Counted from the first letter of the stretch, positions 49,099 through 59,290 are shown. The stretch is DNA of 64,000 nucleotides from Bacilli bacterium (GCA_047975285.1 JBKEDG010000011.1:6777-70776); one strand, 5' to 3'. Translations and numbers: made by a program. Notes: generated by a model from the sequence alone, not told the origin.

Positions 49099-49857
49099 AT
49101 GATTAAATTTGTTGGTGCAGGTCCAGGAGATAAAGAATTAATAACAGTTAAGGGAATGAATGCTCTTAAGAGTGCAGGATGTATAATTTATGCAGGGTCA
49201 CTTGTGAATGATGAATTACTTGATTATGCAAGTGAAGATTGTGACTGCTTTAATAGTGCTTTTATGACACTTGAAGAAGTAGTAGTAATGATGAAAAAAT
49301 ATTATCTACAAGGGAAAAGTGTGGTTAGGTTGCATACTGGTGATCCTAGTATTTATGGTGCGATTAGAGAACAAATTGATTTGTTGATTGAAGATAAAAT
49401 CAATTATGAAGTGATACCAGGTGTCAGTTCGTTTTTGGGAGCAGCTGCAAGTATTGGAGCAGAATATACCCTTCCTGGTGTAACTCAGACAGTTATCCTA
49501 ACAAGAATGGAAGGAAGAACAAAAGTTCCTAAAAAAGAGAAAATATCTTCTTTAGCTAATATTGGTGCTTCAATGGCAATATTTTTAAGTGCAAAATTAT
49601 TAAAAGAACTTGTAGAAGAGTTATTACTTGGTGGATATAGTGATGATACAAAGGCGTGTATAATTTATAAAGCAACTTGGAAAGATGAGAAGATTATTCA
49701 TACTACTGTAAACTCTTTATATGAAGATGCTAAAAAGGCGAATATCACTAAGACAGCATTAATATTAGTCGGCGATTTCTTGGGAAATAGGTATGAAAGA
49801 TCAAAGTTATATGATTCAAAATTTTCACATGAATTTAGAAGTGGTAGTGATGAATAA
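49099..49857 (+). CDS. cbiF: Cobalt-precorrin-4 C11-methyltransferase CbiF
   Basis: IKFVGAGPGDKELITVKG, RLHTGDPSIYGAI and IPGVSSF. Confidence 0.8.
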   Translation: MIKFVGAGPGDKELITVKGMNALKSAGCIIYAGSLVNDELLDYASEDCDCFNSAFMTLEEVVVMMKKYYLQGKSVVRLHTGDPSIYGAIREQIDLLIEDKINYEVIPGVSSFLGAAASIGAEYTLPGVTQTVILTRMEGRTKVPKKEKISSLANIGASMAIFLSAKLLKELVEELLLGGYSDDTKACIIYKATWKDEKIIHTTVNSLYEDAKKANITKTALILVGDFLGNRYERSKLYDSKFSHEFRSGSDE

Positions 49858-50833
49858 AATATATATTTTATCATTTACTAAAAAAGGGTATGAATTAAGT
49901 AGGCGACTAATGCAATTTGATGATTACGAGATTGCTTGTATAAGAGTTAATAATTTAAAAGAGTCAATCAAAAAAATTTATCGGCCAGGAATTACGATAA
50001 TATTTATTGGTGCAGTTGGAATTGCTGTTAGGGGAATTGCAAAATACATTAATCATAAATCTACAGATCCCGCAGTAATTGTTATAGATGAGAAAGGTAA
50101 CTATGTTATTCCAATTTTATCAGGGCACATTGGTGGTGCTAATGAGATGAGTGAGAAAATAGCAAAGTGTATAAATGCTATTTCAGTAATTACGACTGCT
50201 ACAGATATAAATAATGTATTTAGTATTGATTTATATGCAAAAAAGCATAATTATATGATAAAAAACTTTGATGGAATTAAAAGAGTATCTGCAAAATTAT
50301 TAGCAGATCAAACAGTATATCTAAGTAGTGAATTTGAAATAAATGGAGCATTACCAAACAACATAAAATTTTCTGCATCAGTAGGTGATGTTCATATTGG
50401 AGTAGGTTTAAATGAAAATAGTCAGGCACTTATATTACAACCTAAAGTGTATCATCTTGGTGTTGGATGTAAGAAAGAAACAAGTAGAATTGAGTTTGAA
50501 AAATTTTTACTAAACAAACTTAAAGAATTTAGTATTAGTATTGATTTAGTAGCAACGATTTCTTCAATAGATTTAAAGCAGTCAGAACAAGCTATAATTG
50601 AGTTTGCAAAAAAGTATAATATAGACTTCATTACATATACTGCTAAAGAATTATTGGAATATGAAGAAAAATTTTTTAAATCTGATTTTGTAAAAACTAT
50701 TACTGGTGTTAGTAATATTTGTGAAACATGTGGTTATAAGTCTTCTAATGAGGGGAAAACTGTTGTAAATAGAACAGCAAAAAATGGAATAACTTTAAGT
50801 GTATTTAAACAAGAATTTATTGTTGAATTTTAG
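49850..50833 (+). CDS. cbiG: Cobalt-precorrin-5A hydrolase CbiG
   Basis: ATG 49850 overlaps the cbiF end. It has GIAVRGIAKYI..K..DPAVIVIDEKG.YVIPILSGHIGGAN and a C-terminal CbiG domain. Confidence 0.8.
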   Translation: MNKIYILSFTKKGYELSRRLMQFDDYEIACIRVNNLKESIKKIYRPGITIIFIGAVGIAVRGIAKYINHKSTDPAVIVIDEKGNYVIPILSGHIGGANEMSEKIAKCINAISVITTATDINNVFSIDLYAKKHNYMIKNFDGIKRVSAKLLADQTVYLSSEFEINGALPNNIKFSASVGDVHIGVGLNENSQALILQPKVYHLGVGCKKETSRIEFEKFLLNKLKEFSISIDLVATISSIDLKQSEQAIIEFAKKYNIDFITYTAKELLEYEEKFFKSDFVKTITGVSNICETCGYKSSNEGKTVVNRTAKNGITLSVFKQEFIVEF

Positions 50834-50846
50834 AAAGGAATCGAAG

Positions 50847-51572
50847 ATGGAAATATATGCAGTAGGGATAGGACCTGGAAAAGTGGAGTATATGACATTA
50901 AACGCAATGAAGATTATAAAAGATAGTGAGGTTATAGTTGGTTTCAATACTTACATCAAGTTAATTGAAGATTTAATTAGCGATAAAGAAATTATTGCAA
51001 CAGGAATGACGAAGGAAGTTGTAAGGTGTAATGCAGCAATAGAACAAGCTTTAAAAGGGAAGAAAGTGTGTGTTATTTCAAGTGGTGATTCTGGTATCTA
51101 TGGTATGGCCTCATTACTTTATGAACTTGCAAAGCCTTATGAAAATATTGAGATCAAAGTTGAAGTTGGTGTGACTGCCTCAACAGCTACAGCAGCAATT
51201 TTAGGATCACCAATTACAAATGATTATGCAACGATTAGTTTAAGTGACTGTTTAACTCCGTGGGATATTATAATGAAACGCTTAGAACTTTTAGCACAAA
51301 CAGATATGGCAATTTGTATCTATAATCCACAAAGTAGAAATCGCCCCGATTATTTAAAACGTGCGGTCAAAGCTTTACTAAAATATCGGTCTGGTGATAT
51401 ATGGTGTGGATATGTTAAAAATGCTCTTAGAGATAATACTAGTAGTAGTGTGTGTAGGTTGGACGATTTATTAGAAATAGATGTAGATATGTTCACAACT
51501 GTTATAATTGGAAATTCTCAAACAGTTCTTATTGATAATAAACTCGTGACACCAAGAGGATATAAATTATGA
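50847..51572 (+). CDS. cbiH: Cobalt-precorrin-3B C17-methyltransferase CbiH
   Basis: MEIYAVGIGPG..EYMT and ISSGDSGIYGMASL. Confidence 0.8.
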   Translation: MEIYAVGIGPGKVEYMTLNAMKIIKDSEVIVGFNTYIKLIEDLISDKEIIATGMTKEVVRCNAAIEQALKGKKVCVISSGDSGIYGMASLLYELAKPYENIEIKVEVGVTASTATAAILGSPITNDYATISLSDCLTPWDIIMKRLELLAQTDMAICIYNPQSRNRPDYLKRAVKALLKYRSGDIWCGYVKNALRDNTSSSVCRLDDLLEIDVDMFTTVIIGNSQTVLIDNKLVTPRGYKL

Positions 51573-52297
51573 AAATCTTAATGTTTGGGGGAACAAAAGA
51601 TGCTAAAAAATTAGCAAGTAACTTAGTTGTTAAACATGATGTTACAATGATTGTTGCTACAGATTATGGAAAGAAAATTTTGGAAAGTTATAGTAATATC
51701 AATATTATTGCTAAAAGATTAAACCAAATTGAAATGGAAAATTTAGTTTCAAATAATAACTACGAACTTGTTATTGATGCAACACACCCATTTGCAACAG
51801 CAGTGACAGCCAATGTTGAAAATGTTTGTAGGAATGCAAGTGTAAAGTATATGAGATTACTTAGAGATTTTAAAAAAGAGAATAAAGTCAAGTATTTTAG
51901 CAATTTTGTAGGCGTTGCAAATTATCTTAAAGATGTAAAAGGTAATATATTGTTTACAATTGGTTCTAATAATTTAGATGAATTTAAAAATCTTAATAAT
52001 GAAAAAATTTTTATTAGAATTATTCCAATGCTTGCATCACTAGAGAAAGTAGTAAATTTAGGATTTAAACAAAGCAATATAATTTGTATGCAAGGCCCAT
52101 TTTCCTATGCGATGAATAAACTATTGATTGAAGAATTAAATATTAAGTGCTTAGTAACAAAAGAATCGGGTAAAGTTAGTGGGTTTGATGAAAAAGTTCA
52201 AGCAGCAACTACACTTGGAATTGAAGTGTTAGTTATTAAAAGGCCAAATGAAACAGGTTACAAATATAGTGAAATAATAAGTGAACTGGAGGTGTAA
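51569..52297 (+). CDS. cbiJ: Cobalt-precorrin-6A reductase CbiJ
   Basis: KILMFGGTKDAKKLA, DATHPFA and VTKESG. Confidence 0.75.
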   Translation: MKILMFGGTKDAKKLASNLVVKHDVTMIVATDYGKKILESYSNINIIAKRLNQIEMENLVSNNNYELVIDATHPFATAVTANVENVCRNASVKYMRLLRDFKKENKVKYFSNFVGVANYLKDVKGNILFTIGSNNLDEFKNLNNEKIFIRIIPMLASLEKVVNLGFKQSNIICMQGPFSYAMNKLLIEELNIKCLVTKESGKVSGFDEKVQAATTLGIEVLVIKRPNETGYKYSEIISELEV

Positions 52298-52301
52298 GAA
52301 G

Positions 52302-53483
52302 ATGAATAAATTATATATCATTGGCTATGGAATGGGTGATGATAAACTATTGTGTGATGATACAAAAGAAATTATTAATTTAGCAAACTGTGTGCTTACT
52401 ACTTCTAGAATCGGTAATAATGATAGTAAATTTGAAAAATTGAATCTTACGCAAATTTATGAACGGCTTAGTATGAATTTAAAAGGTACGACAGTTTTGT
52501 TAGTAAGTGGTGATGTAGGATTTTTTAGTGTAAGTAGGACGATATATGATAAATTTTCAAAAATGTATAAAATTCTGTTAATAAACGGTTTTAGTAGTTT
52601 ACAATATTTTAGTGCGAAATTAGGCTTTAACTATGATGATGCTAAAGTTATTAGTGTGCATGGAAGAGATATTAATATTATTGGAGCAGTAGTGTATAAT
52701 TTTAAAGTTTTTGTGCTTACTGGCGGGAAAAGTAGCGTTAATGAAGTGGCGAAAAAACTTTGTAAATACGGACTTGAGAACGTTATGATTTATGTTGGGG
52801 AAAACTTATCTTATAAAAATGAGTCAATTATAAATGGGACTGCCTTAGAATTAAGTAGAATGGAGTTTGATGATTTATCTGTAATGTATATTATAAATGA
52901 AAATTTCATTACTAATAATACAACGATGTTTGATAAGGAATTTATTAGATCCTCTATTCCAATGACTAAAGAAGAAATAAGATGGGTATGCATTCAAAAA
53001 TTGTGTTTAAATTCTCAAGATATTGTATTTGATATTGGAAGTGGAACAGGGTCTATTGCAATTGAAAGTGCAAGAAGAGTATATGATGGATTTGTTTATG
53101 CTATTGAAACAAATCAAGATGCGTGCAATTTAATTAAGGAAAATATTAGTAAACATCGAACATTTAATATTGAAGTAGTAAACAATATGGCTCCAGATAA
53201 TTTTGAAAAATTACAAATGCCAAATAAGGCAATTATTGGAGGTAGTAAGGGGAATATTAAAATGATTATTAATGCATTGTTAAGAATTAATCCTAAGATT
53301 AAGATTGTTGTTAATGCTATAACAATAGAGACACTAAGTACCACTATAGATTGTTTTAAAAGTAACAATTTATATTTCGATTGTATTTGCATGAATGTCT
53401 CAAAGTCTAAAGAATTAAGTAAGTATAATATGATGATTGCAAATAACCCGGTTTATATAATAACAGGTATTGCTAATGAATAG
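52302..53483 (+). CDS. cbiET: Fused cobalt-precorrin-7 C5-methyltransferase / cobalt-precorrin-6B C15-methyltransferase (decarboxylating) CbiE-CbiT
   Basis: N-terminal tetrapyrrole methylase half (LYIIGYGMGD...VSGDVGFFS) and C-terminal SAM-MTase half (MTKEEIR...DIGSGTGSIAIE). Confidence 0.75.
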   Translation: MNKLYIIGYGMGDDKLLCDDTKEIINLANCVLTTSRIGNNDSKFEKLNLTQIYERLSMNLKGTTVLLVSGDVGFFSVSRTIYDKFSKMYKILLINGFSSLQYFSAKLGFNYDDAKVISVHGRDINIIGAVVYNFKVFVLTGGKSSVNEVAKKLCKYGLENVMIYVGENLSYKNESIINGTALELSRMEFDDLSVMYIINENFITNNTTMFDKEFIRSSIPMTKEEIRWVCIQKLCLNSQDIVFDIGSGTGSIAIESARRVYDGFVYAIETNQDACNLIKENISKHRTFNIEVVNNMAPDNFEKLQMPNKAIIGGSKGNIKMIINALLRINPKIKIVVNAITIETLSTTIDCFKSNNLYFDCICMNVSKSKELSKYNMMIANNPVYIITGIANE

Positions 53484-54840
53484 GGTAATGTTGGTAGGAA
53501 CTAGCAGTGGAGTAGGAAAAACAACAGTAGTTTGTGGGATTCTTAATGCATTACAAAAACTAGGGAAAGAAGTTGTTTCATTTAAATGTGGTCCTGATTA
53601 TATTGATGGAATGTTTCATAAGAAGGTTAGTGGAATAAATTCTAGGAATTTAGATGAGTTTTTAATGACAAGAAATGGAATGTTAAACTCACTTATAAAT
53701 GGTAGTGAAAAAAAAGATATTGTAATAATTGAAGGAGCAATGGGAATGTATGATGGGATGGGCTTTAGTTGTAAATATAGTGCAAATGAAGTTGCGTTAA
53801 TTACAAAGACCCCTACAATCTTAATTGTTAATCCTAGTGGTAAAGGGATATCTATTTGTGCTCAAATAAAAGGGTTTTTAGAATTTAGAGATAATAATAT
53901 TAATGCTATAATACTAAATAATGTAAAAGTAGGAATGGTTGATTATTACAAGCGGATGATAAAAAAGGAACTTGATTTAGATGTAGTAGGATTTTTACCA
54001 AAACTTGATGAAGCTGAAATTGGGTCAAGGCATTTAGGGTTAATTAGCGCAAATGAAATTAAAGATATTCAAGATAGATTGGATTTAATAGGTGAAAATG
54101 TTTTAAAATATTTTGACTTAGAAAAAATTTTAGCAATAGCTAGTAGTAGTGAAGAACTTATTTGTAAGAAGCAAGAATTAATAAGTAATGTGGCTAATGT
54201 AACAATTGGGGTTGCATATGATGAAGCCTTTAATTTTATTTACGATGATAATTTAGAAATATTAAAAAATATGGGAGCAACAATTAAATTTTTCTCACCG
54301 TTAAATGATAGCAAATTACCTAGTGATTTAGATGGGATTTTACTATTTGGAGGCTATCCTGAAATTTTTGCTAAACAGTTAGAAAACAATATTAAAATGA
54401 GAGAGTCAATAATTAATTCTATAAAAATGGGAATGATTGTTTATGCTGAATGTGGAGGGTTTATGTACTTACATAATCAAATAGTGGATGGGAATAATAA
54501 TACTTATAAAATGCTTGGAATAATAGATGGGGAAATAACAGTGTGTTCTGTGCTACAAAATTTTGGTTACACTACATTAAAGAGTACAAAACCAAATAAT
54601 TTTATGAACGGAATAGTAAATGCTCATTCATTTCATTATTCTAAATCAAATGCAAGGCAAGATAGTTTTATTGCAACTAAGGTAAGCAATCAAAAAGAGT
54701 ATCCTGCTGTATATACGAGTGAAAATATTTTTGCAAGTTATTTGCACATACATTACAATAGTAATTTAGATTTACCTAAAAACATTATAATTAATTGTCA
54801 AAAATATAGGAGGATGTTAAATGAAACCAAGAGAAATTGA
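53476..54840 (+). CDS. cbiA: Cobyrinate a,c-diamide synthase CbiA
   Basis: GTSSGVGKTTV P-loop, FKCGPDYID, and a C-terminal GATase (YAECGGFMYL). Confidence 0.85.
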   Translation: MNRVMLVGTSSGVGKTTVVCGILNALQKLGKEVVSFKCGPDYIDGMFHKKVSGINSRNLDEFLMTRNGMLNSLINGSEKKDIVIIEGAMGMYDGMGFSCKYSANEVALITKTPTILIVNPSGKGISICAQIKGFLEFRDNNINAIILNNVKVGMVDYYKRMIKKELDLDVVGFLPKLDEAEIGSRHLGLISANEIKDIQDRLDLIGENVLKYFDLEKILAIASSSEELICKKQELISNVANVTIGVAYDEAFNFIYDDNLEILKNMGATIKFFSPLNDSKLPSDLDGILLFGGYPEIFAKQLENNIKMRESIINSIKMGMIVYAECGGFMYLHNQIVDGNNNTYKMLGIIDGEITVCSVLQNFGYTTLKSTKPNNFMNGIVNAHSFHYSKSNARQDSFIATKVSNQKEYPAVYTSENIFASYLHIHYNSNLDLPKNIIINCQKYRRMLNETKRN

Positions 54841-55450
54841 AGATAGAAGTTTTGAAATCATATCAAATACAATTAAAGGATTAGAATATGATGATAATAG
54901 TATAAATATTTTAAAAAGAGTTATTCATACTACAGCAGATTTCGATTATGTTGAAAACTTAACTATATCAGAAGATGCTGTAAGTACGTTTAAAAAATTA
55001 GTTCAAAATGATGTTACAATTGTTACTGATACGAAAATGAGTTTGGCAGGTATAAACAAGGGAGCAATCTCAAAAACTAAGGTAAAACTAGTTACGTTTA
55101 TAAGCAATGAGCAAGTTGCAAAAAACGCTAAGAAAAACCAGACTACAAGATCTAAAGAGGCAGTAAAATTTGCACTAGAGAATATTGAGACACCAATTAT
55201 ATTTGTTGTTGGTAATGCTCCTACAGCATTAATGGAAATCTGTGAGCTGATTGATAGAAATGAATATAAAGATGGGTTAGTAATTGCGGTTCCAGTTGGG
55301 TTTGTAAATGTAATTGAGTCTAAGGAAATGATTATGAAAAAATCAATACCATATATTGTATCAAAGGGAAGAAAAGGTGGTAGTAATGTTGCTGCTGCAA
55401 TCATAAATGCTTTATTGTATGACTATGTAGGTAGAGAAAATGAAAAATAG
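54821..55450 (+). CDS. cbiC: Cobalt-precorrin-8 methylmutase CbiC
   Basis: About 209 aa, with EDRSFEII, RVIHTTADFD and VGNAPTAL. Confidence 0.8.
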   Translation: MKPREIEDRSFEIISNTIKGLEYDDNSINILKRVIHTTADFDYVENLTISEDAVSTFKKLVQNDVTIVTDTKMSLAGINKGAISKTKVKLVTFISNEQVAKNAKKNQTTRSKEAVKFALENIETPIIFVVGNAPTALMEICELIDRNEYKDGLVIAVPVGFVNVIESKEMIMKKSIPYIVSKGRKGGSNVAAAIINALLYDYVGRENEK

Positions 55451-55682
55451 TCATAAATTCTTTAAGAATAGTGAATGCAAATATTTCCCTTGTCACAAAA
55501 CTAATGATATAGATAGTTTTAATTGTATGTTTTGCTTTTGTCCATTGTATTGCTTAGGAGATAAATGTGGTGGAAAATTTGAATATACTGCTACAGGAGT
55601 TAAAAGTTGTATTGAATGTGAGTTACCTCATAGAATAGAATTTTATGATGAAGTAATTAAAAGGTTAAATGAAAAGGAATAG
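55440..55682 (+). CDS. Cysteine-rich small-domain protein (10 Cys in 80 aa) embedded in the B12 operon
   Basis: CKYFPCH...CMFCFCPLYC..DKCGG...C.EC. It overlaps both neighbouring genes. Confidence 0.6.
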   Translation: MKNSHKFFKNSECKYFPCHKTNDIDSFNCMFCFCPLYCLGDKCGGKFEYTATGVKSCIECELPHRIEFYDEVIKRLNEKE

Positions 55683-56160
55683 CATATATTTATTAAGGCA
55701 TGGTGAAACTGATTGGAATAGAATTGGTAGAATTCAAGGGATAAAGGATATACCATTAAATAAAAATGGACTAAGGCAAGCAAAAAAAATGGGAAAGTAT
55801 TTAAGAAAATTGAGAATAGATCTTATTTACACTAGTCCATTAAAAAGAGCCAAAGAAACAGCAGAAATAATAAATGAGTTTTTAAATACCAAAATAGTTG
55901 TTTCTAAAAGTTTAATGGAAATGCCAGTAAATTATAATGGCTTAGAAAACACTTACCTTTTACAAAATGAGAATGAATTTAGAGTTTTTGAGCACTCAGT
56001 AATCGCTACACTTAATGAAATTAAAGAACTAAACAAAAATATATTAATTGTTGGGCATGGTACATGGATTAAAGTAATTATGTGTGAATATAACGGCAAG
56101 GATTTTTTTGATGAAAGTTCTAATATTGAAAACTGTGAATTAAATGAGTATGAGGTTTAA
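55669..56160 (+). CDS. cobC: Histidine phosphatase family protein (alpha-ribazole phosphatase CobC type)
   Basis: IYLLRHGETDWN catalytic motif and a second His in IVGHGTW. Confidence 0.7.
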   Translation: MKRNSIYLLRHGETDWNRIGRIQGIKDIPLNKNGLRQAKKMGKYLRKLRIDLIYTSPLKRAKETAEIINEFLNTKIVVSKSLMEMPVNYNGLENTYLLQNENEFRVFEHSVIATLNEIKELNKNILIVGHGTWIKVIMCEYNGKDFFDESSNIENCELNEYEV

Positions 56161-56370
56161 ATATAATATTATCAAGTGTAAGATAATATATTGGTAATGT
56201 ATTTTTTTCAATAATTACTGTAAAAAAATGATAAAATTTACTTTCTTAGTTATTAAAATGAGATAAGATTTTATTGTTACAATAAATGTAAAACTCCAAA
56301 CAAAAATGTACTTTAAATTGTTTAAATATCATTGATAAATATAGTTTTGTAGTTTAATATATATATATAT

Positions 56371-56401
56371 TATAAGTTAGCCTTCTTAAAAAGGTAGGAG
56401 A
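56371..56401 (+). promoter_or_regulatory. Shared bacteriocin promoter-proximal motif, copy 2 (includes the SD)
   Basis: tataagttagccttcttaaaaaggtaggaga, preceded by an (AT)7 tract at 56357-56370 and TTGATA at 56332-56337. Confidence 0.6.
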
Positions 56402-56405
56402 TAAT

Positions 56406-56708
56406 ATGAAAAAATTAGTTATGGGTTTGATTTTGCTATTTGGAATATTAAGTTTAAATGTTGATGTGTCTAACGCAGGTATTTCAAGAGGTGACTACGA
56501 TGGAGGATACTGGGTAAGAGGAGTTTCTGGAAGTTCATTACAATCAAAATATACAACTTATCGCTCTGGAAAACAAGGGGTTGCATCAACAACAGATGGA
56601 CGTGGTCAGTATGTGTCAGGTGGATGGAAAGCAAGATATAAGCAATCTAATGGTAGTCAATATACCTCTATTTGGTATGGTAACAAAATGTATTATAATT
56701 GGAAATAA
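56406..56708 (+). CDS. Lactococcin 972 family bacteriocin precursor
   Basis: 100 aa with Sec signal peptide (...VDVSNA/G). The mature part GGYWVRGVSGSSLQSKYTTYRSGKQGVASTTDGRG...GNKMYYNWK follows the Lcn972 pattern (GG.W..G...S.Y......H/Q..A.....; C-terminal YYN.W). Confidence 0.8.
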   Translation: MKKLVMGLILLFGILSLNVDVSNAGISRGDYDGGYWVRGVSGSSLQSKYTTYRSGKQGVASTTDGRGQYVSGGWKARYKQSNGSQYTSIWYGNKMYYNWK

Positions 56709-56725
56709 AATTTTACTTAATAAAT

Positions 56726-56754
56726 AAGAATCACATTTTCTGTGATTCTTATTT
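56726..56754 (+). terminator. Hairpin (attenuating terminator) directly after the bacteriocin structural gene
   Basis: Perfect 10-bp stem aagaatcaca/tgtgattctt with loop ttttc and an ATTT tail. Confidence 0.65.
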
Positions 56755-56778
56755 ACGGTATAGAGCAGGAGTTTAATC

Positions 56779-58694
56779 ATGAAAAAACTTTTGAATGTAA
56801 CATATCTTTTTTTAATGGTTGTAGTTGTAATTTCATTTTCATATATAGTTGTAGTAGCCCAAAATCAACAAAAATTACTTGCTGATCGGGAATCTGTATC
56901 CGTTGTCTTAAGCCAAAAGACAAGTGCAGATGATTTTGTTGAAGTCTTAGTTGATTATGCAGCAAAAGAAGATATTACAATTTTGAAAACATTTTACAGT
57001 AGTGATTCAACAATTATTTATTCCACAAATGATATTGAAATTAACGATTCGATTTTTAAGCGTGGTAATAAAAGCAAAGTTTTTGATATTAAAGAGGTAA
57101 ATAATGCTGGATATGATGGAGAATATTATTTATCAAGCAATTCAATTGGATTTTGTGAAAAGATCATTGAAAATAATTTTGGGACATGTGATGTAAACTC
57201 AAGAGGAGAAACTAATAATTTTGTAATATTTCTGTCGGTATTATTAATCTTACCATTGTTATTAACAACTTACATTATTTTTAATTTTATTGTTTTAATG
57301 AATAATAAAAAATATATTTTACAGCACATTGATGGAATGAGTACACATAAGATTATATGTAGATTTTATGGTGAATTATTAAAACCAATAGTAAGTCTAT
57401 TCCTTATAATCAATTTATTGATAATACTGTTTATAAATGAGTATGTGGTTTGGAAAGTTATTTTCTTTGTATTAATTATAAATATAACTTTATTTATATT
57501 TTCATATATACTTTTACACTTTAATATTCAAAAATTATATAAAACAAATTTAAATAGTGTCATCAAAAATAAAAGTGGTAAATCAGTTTTTAGCTACGTA
57601 ATAATAAAAGTAATTCTAGTTATTGTAACAGCAATTACATTAAATGTTATACTTGTTATTGCTCAAAGTAGTTATGAGAAATATTCAAAATTAGATACTT
57701 ATGAAAAACTTGATAAATATTATGGATTTGAATCTAAATATATTGGACAAGAAAGTATGAGTGAAGAAGAGCGTATTAGTTACGATAAGAATAATGCTTA
57801 TTTTTACAAGTCCCTTGATCACACTAAGACCTATGTACTTACAACAAATGACTATGATGATAGTGTAGTAGATACACCTGAGGGAAAAATGTACAATAAT
57901 ACTATCTTTGCAAATGAAAAGTACTTAAAAAACATTATGAAGATAAATACTGTCCTGTTGTAGCAAATGAATTAACAATTTATCTACCACCAAATTTGAT
58001 GTCTGAAATTGAAGATATTAAAAAAAGTATTATTTATAGTACAAAAGACGTCTTAGTTAATAAAGATATTAAATATAATTTCATTGAATATTCAGGCGGA
58101 ACTTTGCTTAGGTTAAATCCATAATTAATTGAAAAAGAAGTTAAAAATCCAATAATAATTCAAGACAATTTATTGTTTGACGATAGTTTTTACAGTACAA
58201 TTATGACAAATCAAGCAATTTATACAAAGATTATTGATGAAAAACCCTACGCTTTGCTATTACCAAGTTTACAAAAATACAACTTAGATAAACAAATAGT
58301 TGAAGTGTTTACTCCACATAATCAAGCTATAAAGACGCTAAAAACACTAAAAAATACGATATGTATTGCACTAATTGTTTTAACTATTTTAGTAATTACA
58401 TTCATATTAACAATATTAAATATAAAAAGAATAATGTTTATAAAAAAAGGGAAAGAGTATACGGTAAAATATATTTTAGGAATTTCTCCCAAAAGTATAT
58501 TTAAAAAATATTTTGTTGAAGATACTGTTTTCTTACTCATATACCTAGTAGTAGCACTTTTTACTCCTGTACCATACATTGTATCATTTATAGCGCTATT
58601 AATTCTATTAGGCATTGATATAACTATAAAAATATACGGTATAAATGCAAATTTGAAAACTAATATAAACAGTTTAATTAAGGGGGAAATATGA
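56779..58694 (+). pseudogene. Bacteriocin-associated integral membrane protein (DUF1430 / FtsX-like), disrupted by a frameshift in an A6 run and an in-frame TAA
   Basis: Frame 1 (56779..57963) must shift -1 at A_AAA_AAC (57927-57933) to continue as ...KKHYEDKYCPVVANELTIYLPP.... That frame has TAA at 58122-58124, then continues into track ORF 58173..58694. It is colinear with 17549..19513. Confidence 0.75.
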
Positions 58695-59290
58695 TAGAAG
58701 TTCAAAACATTAATAAAAGTTATGGAAGTATAAAAGTACTTGAAAATTTTTCTTTGATATTTGAAAAAACGGGGGGGGGGGTATATTTTATAAAGGTTCC
58801 AAGTGTAAAAGTTAAAACAACGTTATTAAATATTATTGGAGCAATAGAAAATGCAGATAGTGGAAAGATATTGTATGGTGGAAAGAAATATAAGAGGATG
58901 GAAGATTTTAAAAATACATCATTTGTTTTTCAAAACTTTGGTTTATTAGAGAATGAAACTGTGCTTTATAATTTTACAAAATTTAATATCCCTAATAACT
59001 ATTCAAGAATATTAGCGGCATTAAAAGATGTTGGACTTGGTAACATATTAAACAAAAAAATTTATAGTTTAAGTGGTGGCGAACAACAAAGAGTTGCGAT
59101 TGCTAAAGCTCTACTTAAGGATTCAAATATTATTCTTGCAGATGAGCCGACTGGTAATTTAGATAAAAAAAATTCAATGAATATAATTGATATTTTACGC
59201 AGTAGTTCTAGAGATAGACTAGTTATTATTGTTACTCATGACCTAGAATTAATTGATGAGTCAAAGGGAGATAAATGTATAGTTTTATAA
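58691..59290 (+). CDS. Lactococcin-972-group ABC ATP-binding protein with degenerate Walker A and an internal G11 tract
   Basis: Signature LSGGEQQR and Walker B ILADEP are intact. Walker A reads VPSVKVKTT where the paralogue has GKSGSGKTT. G11 lies at 58771-58781. Confidence 0.7.
   Translation: MIEVQNINKSYGSIKVLENFSLIFEKTGGGVYFIKVPSVKVKTTLLNIIGAIENADSGKILYGGKKYKRMEDFKNTSFVFQNFGLLENETVLYNFTKFNIPNNYSRILAALKDVGLGNILNKKIYSLSGGEQQRVAIAKALLKDSNIILADEPTGNLDKKNSMNIIDILRSSSRDRLVIIVTHDLELIDESKGDKCIVL
58771..58781 (+). repeat. Homopolymeric G11 tract inside the ABC ATPase gene
   Basis: Direct count gives c-ggggggggggg-t. It is the only long G/C run noticed on reading this ~30 % GC window. Confidence 0.95.
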
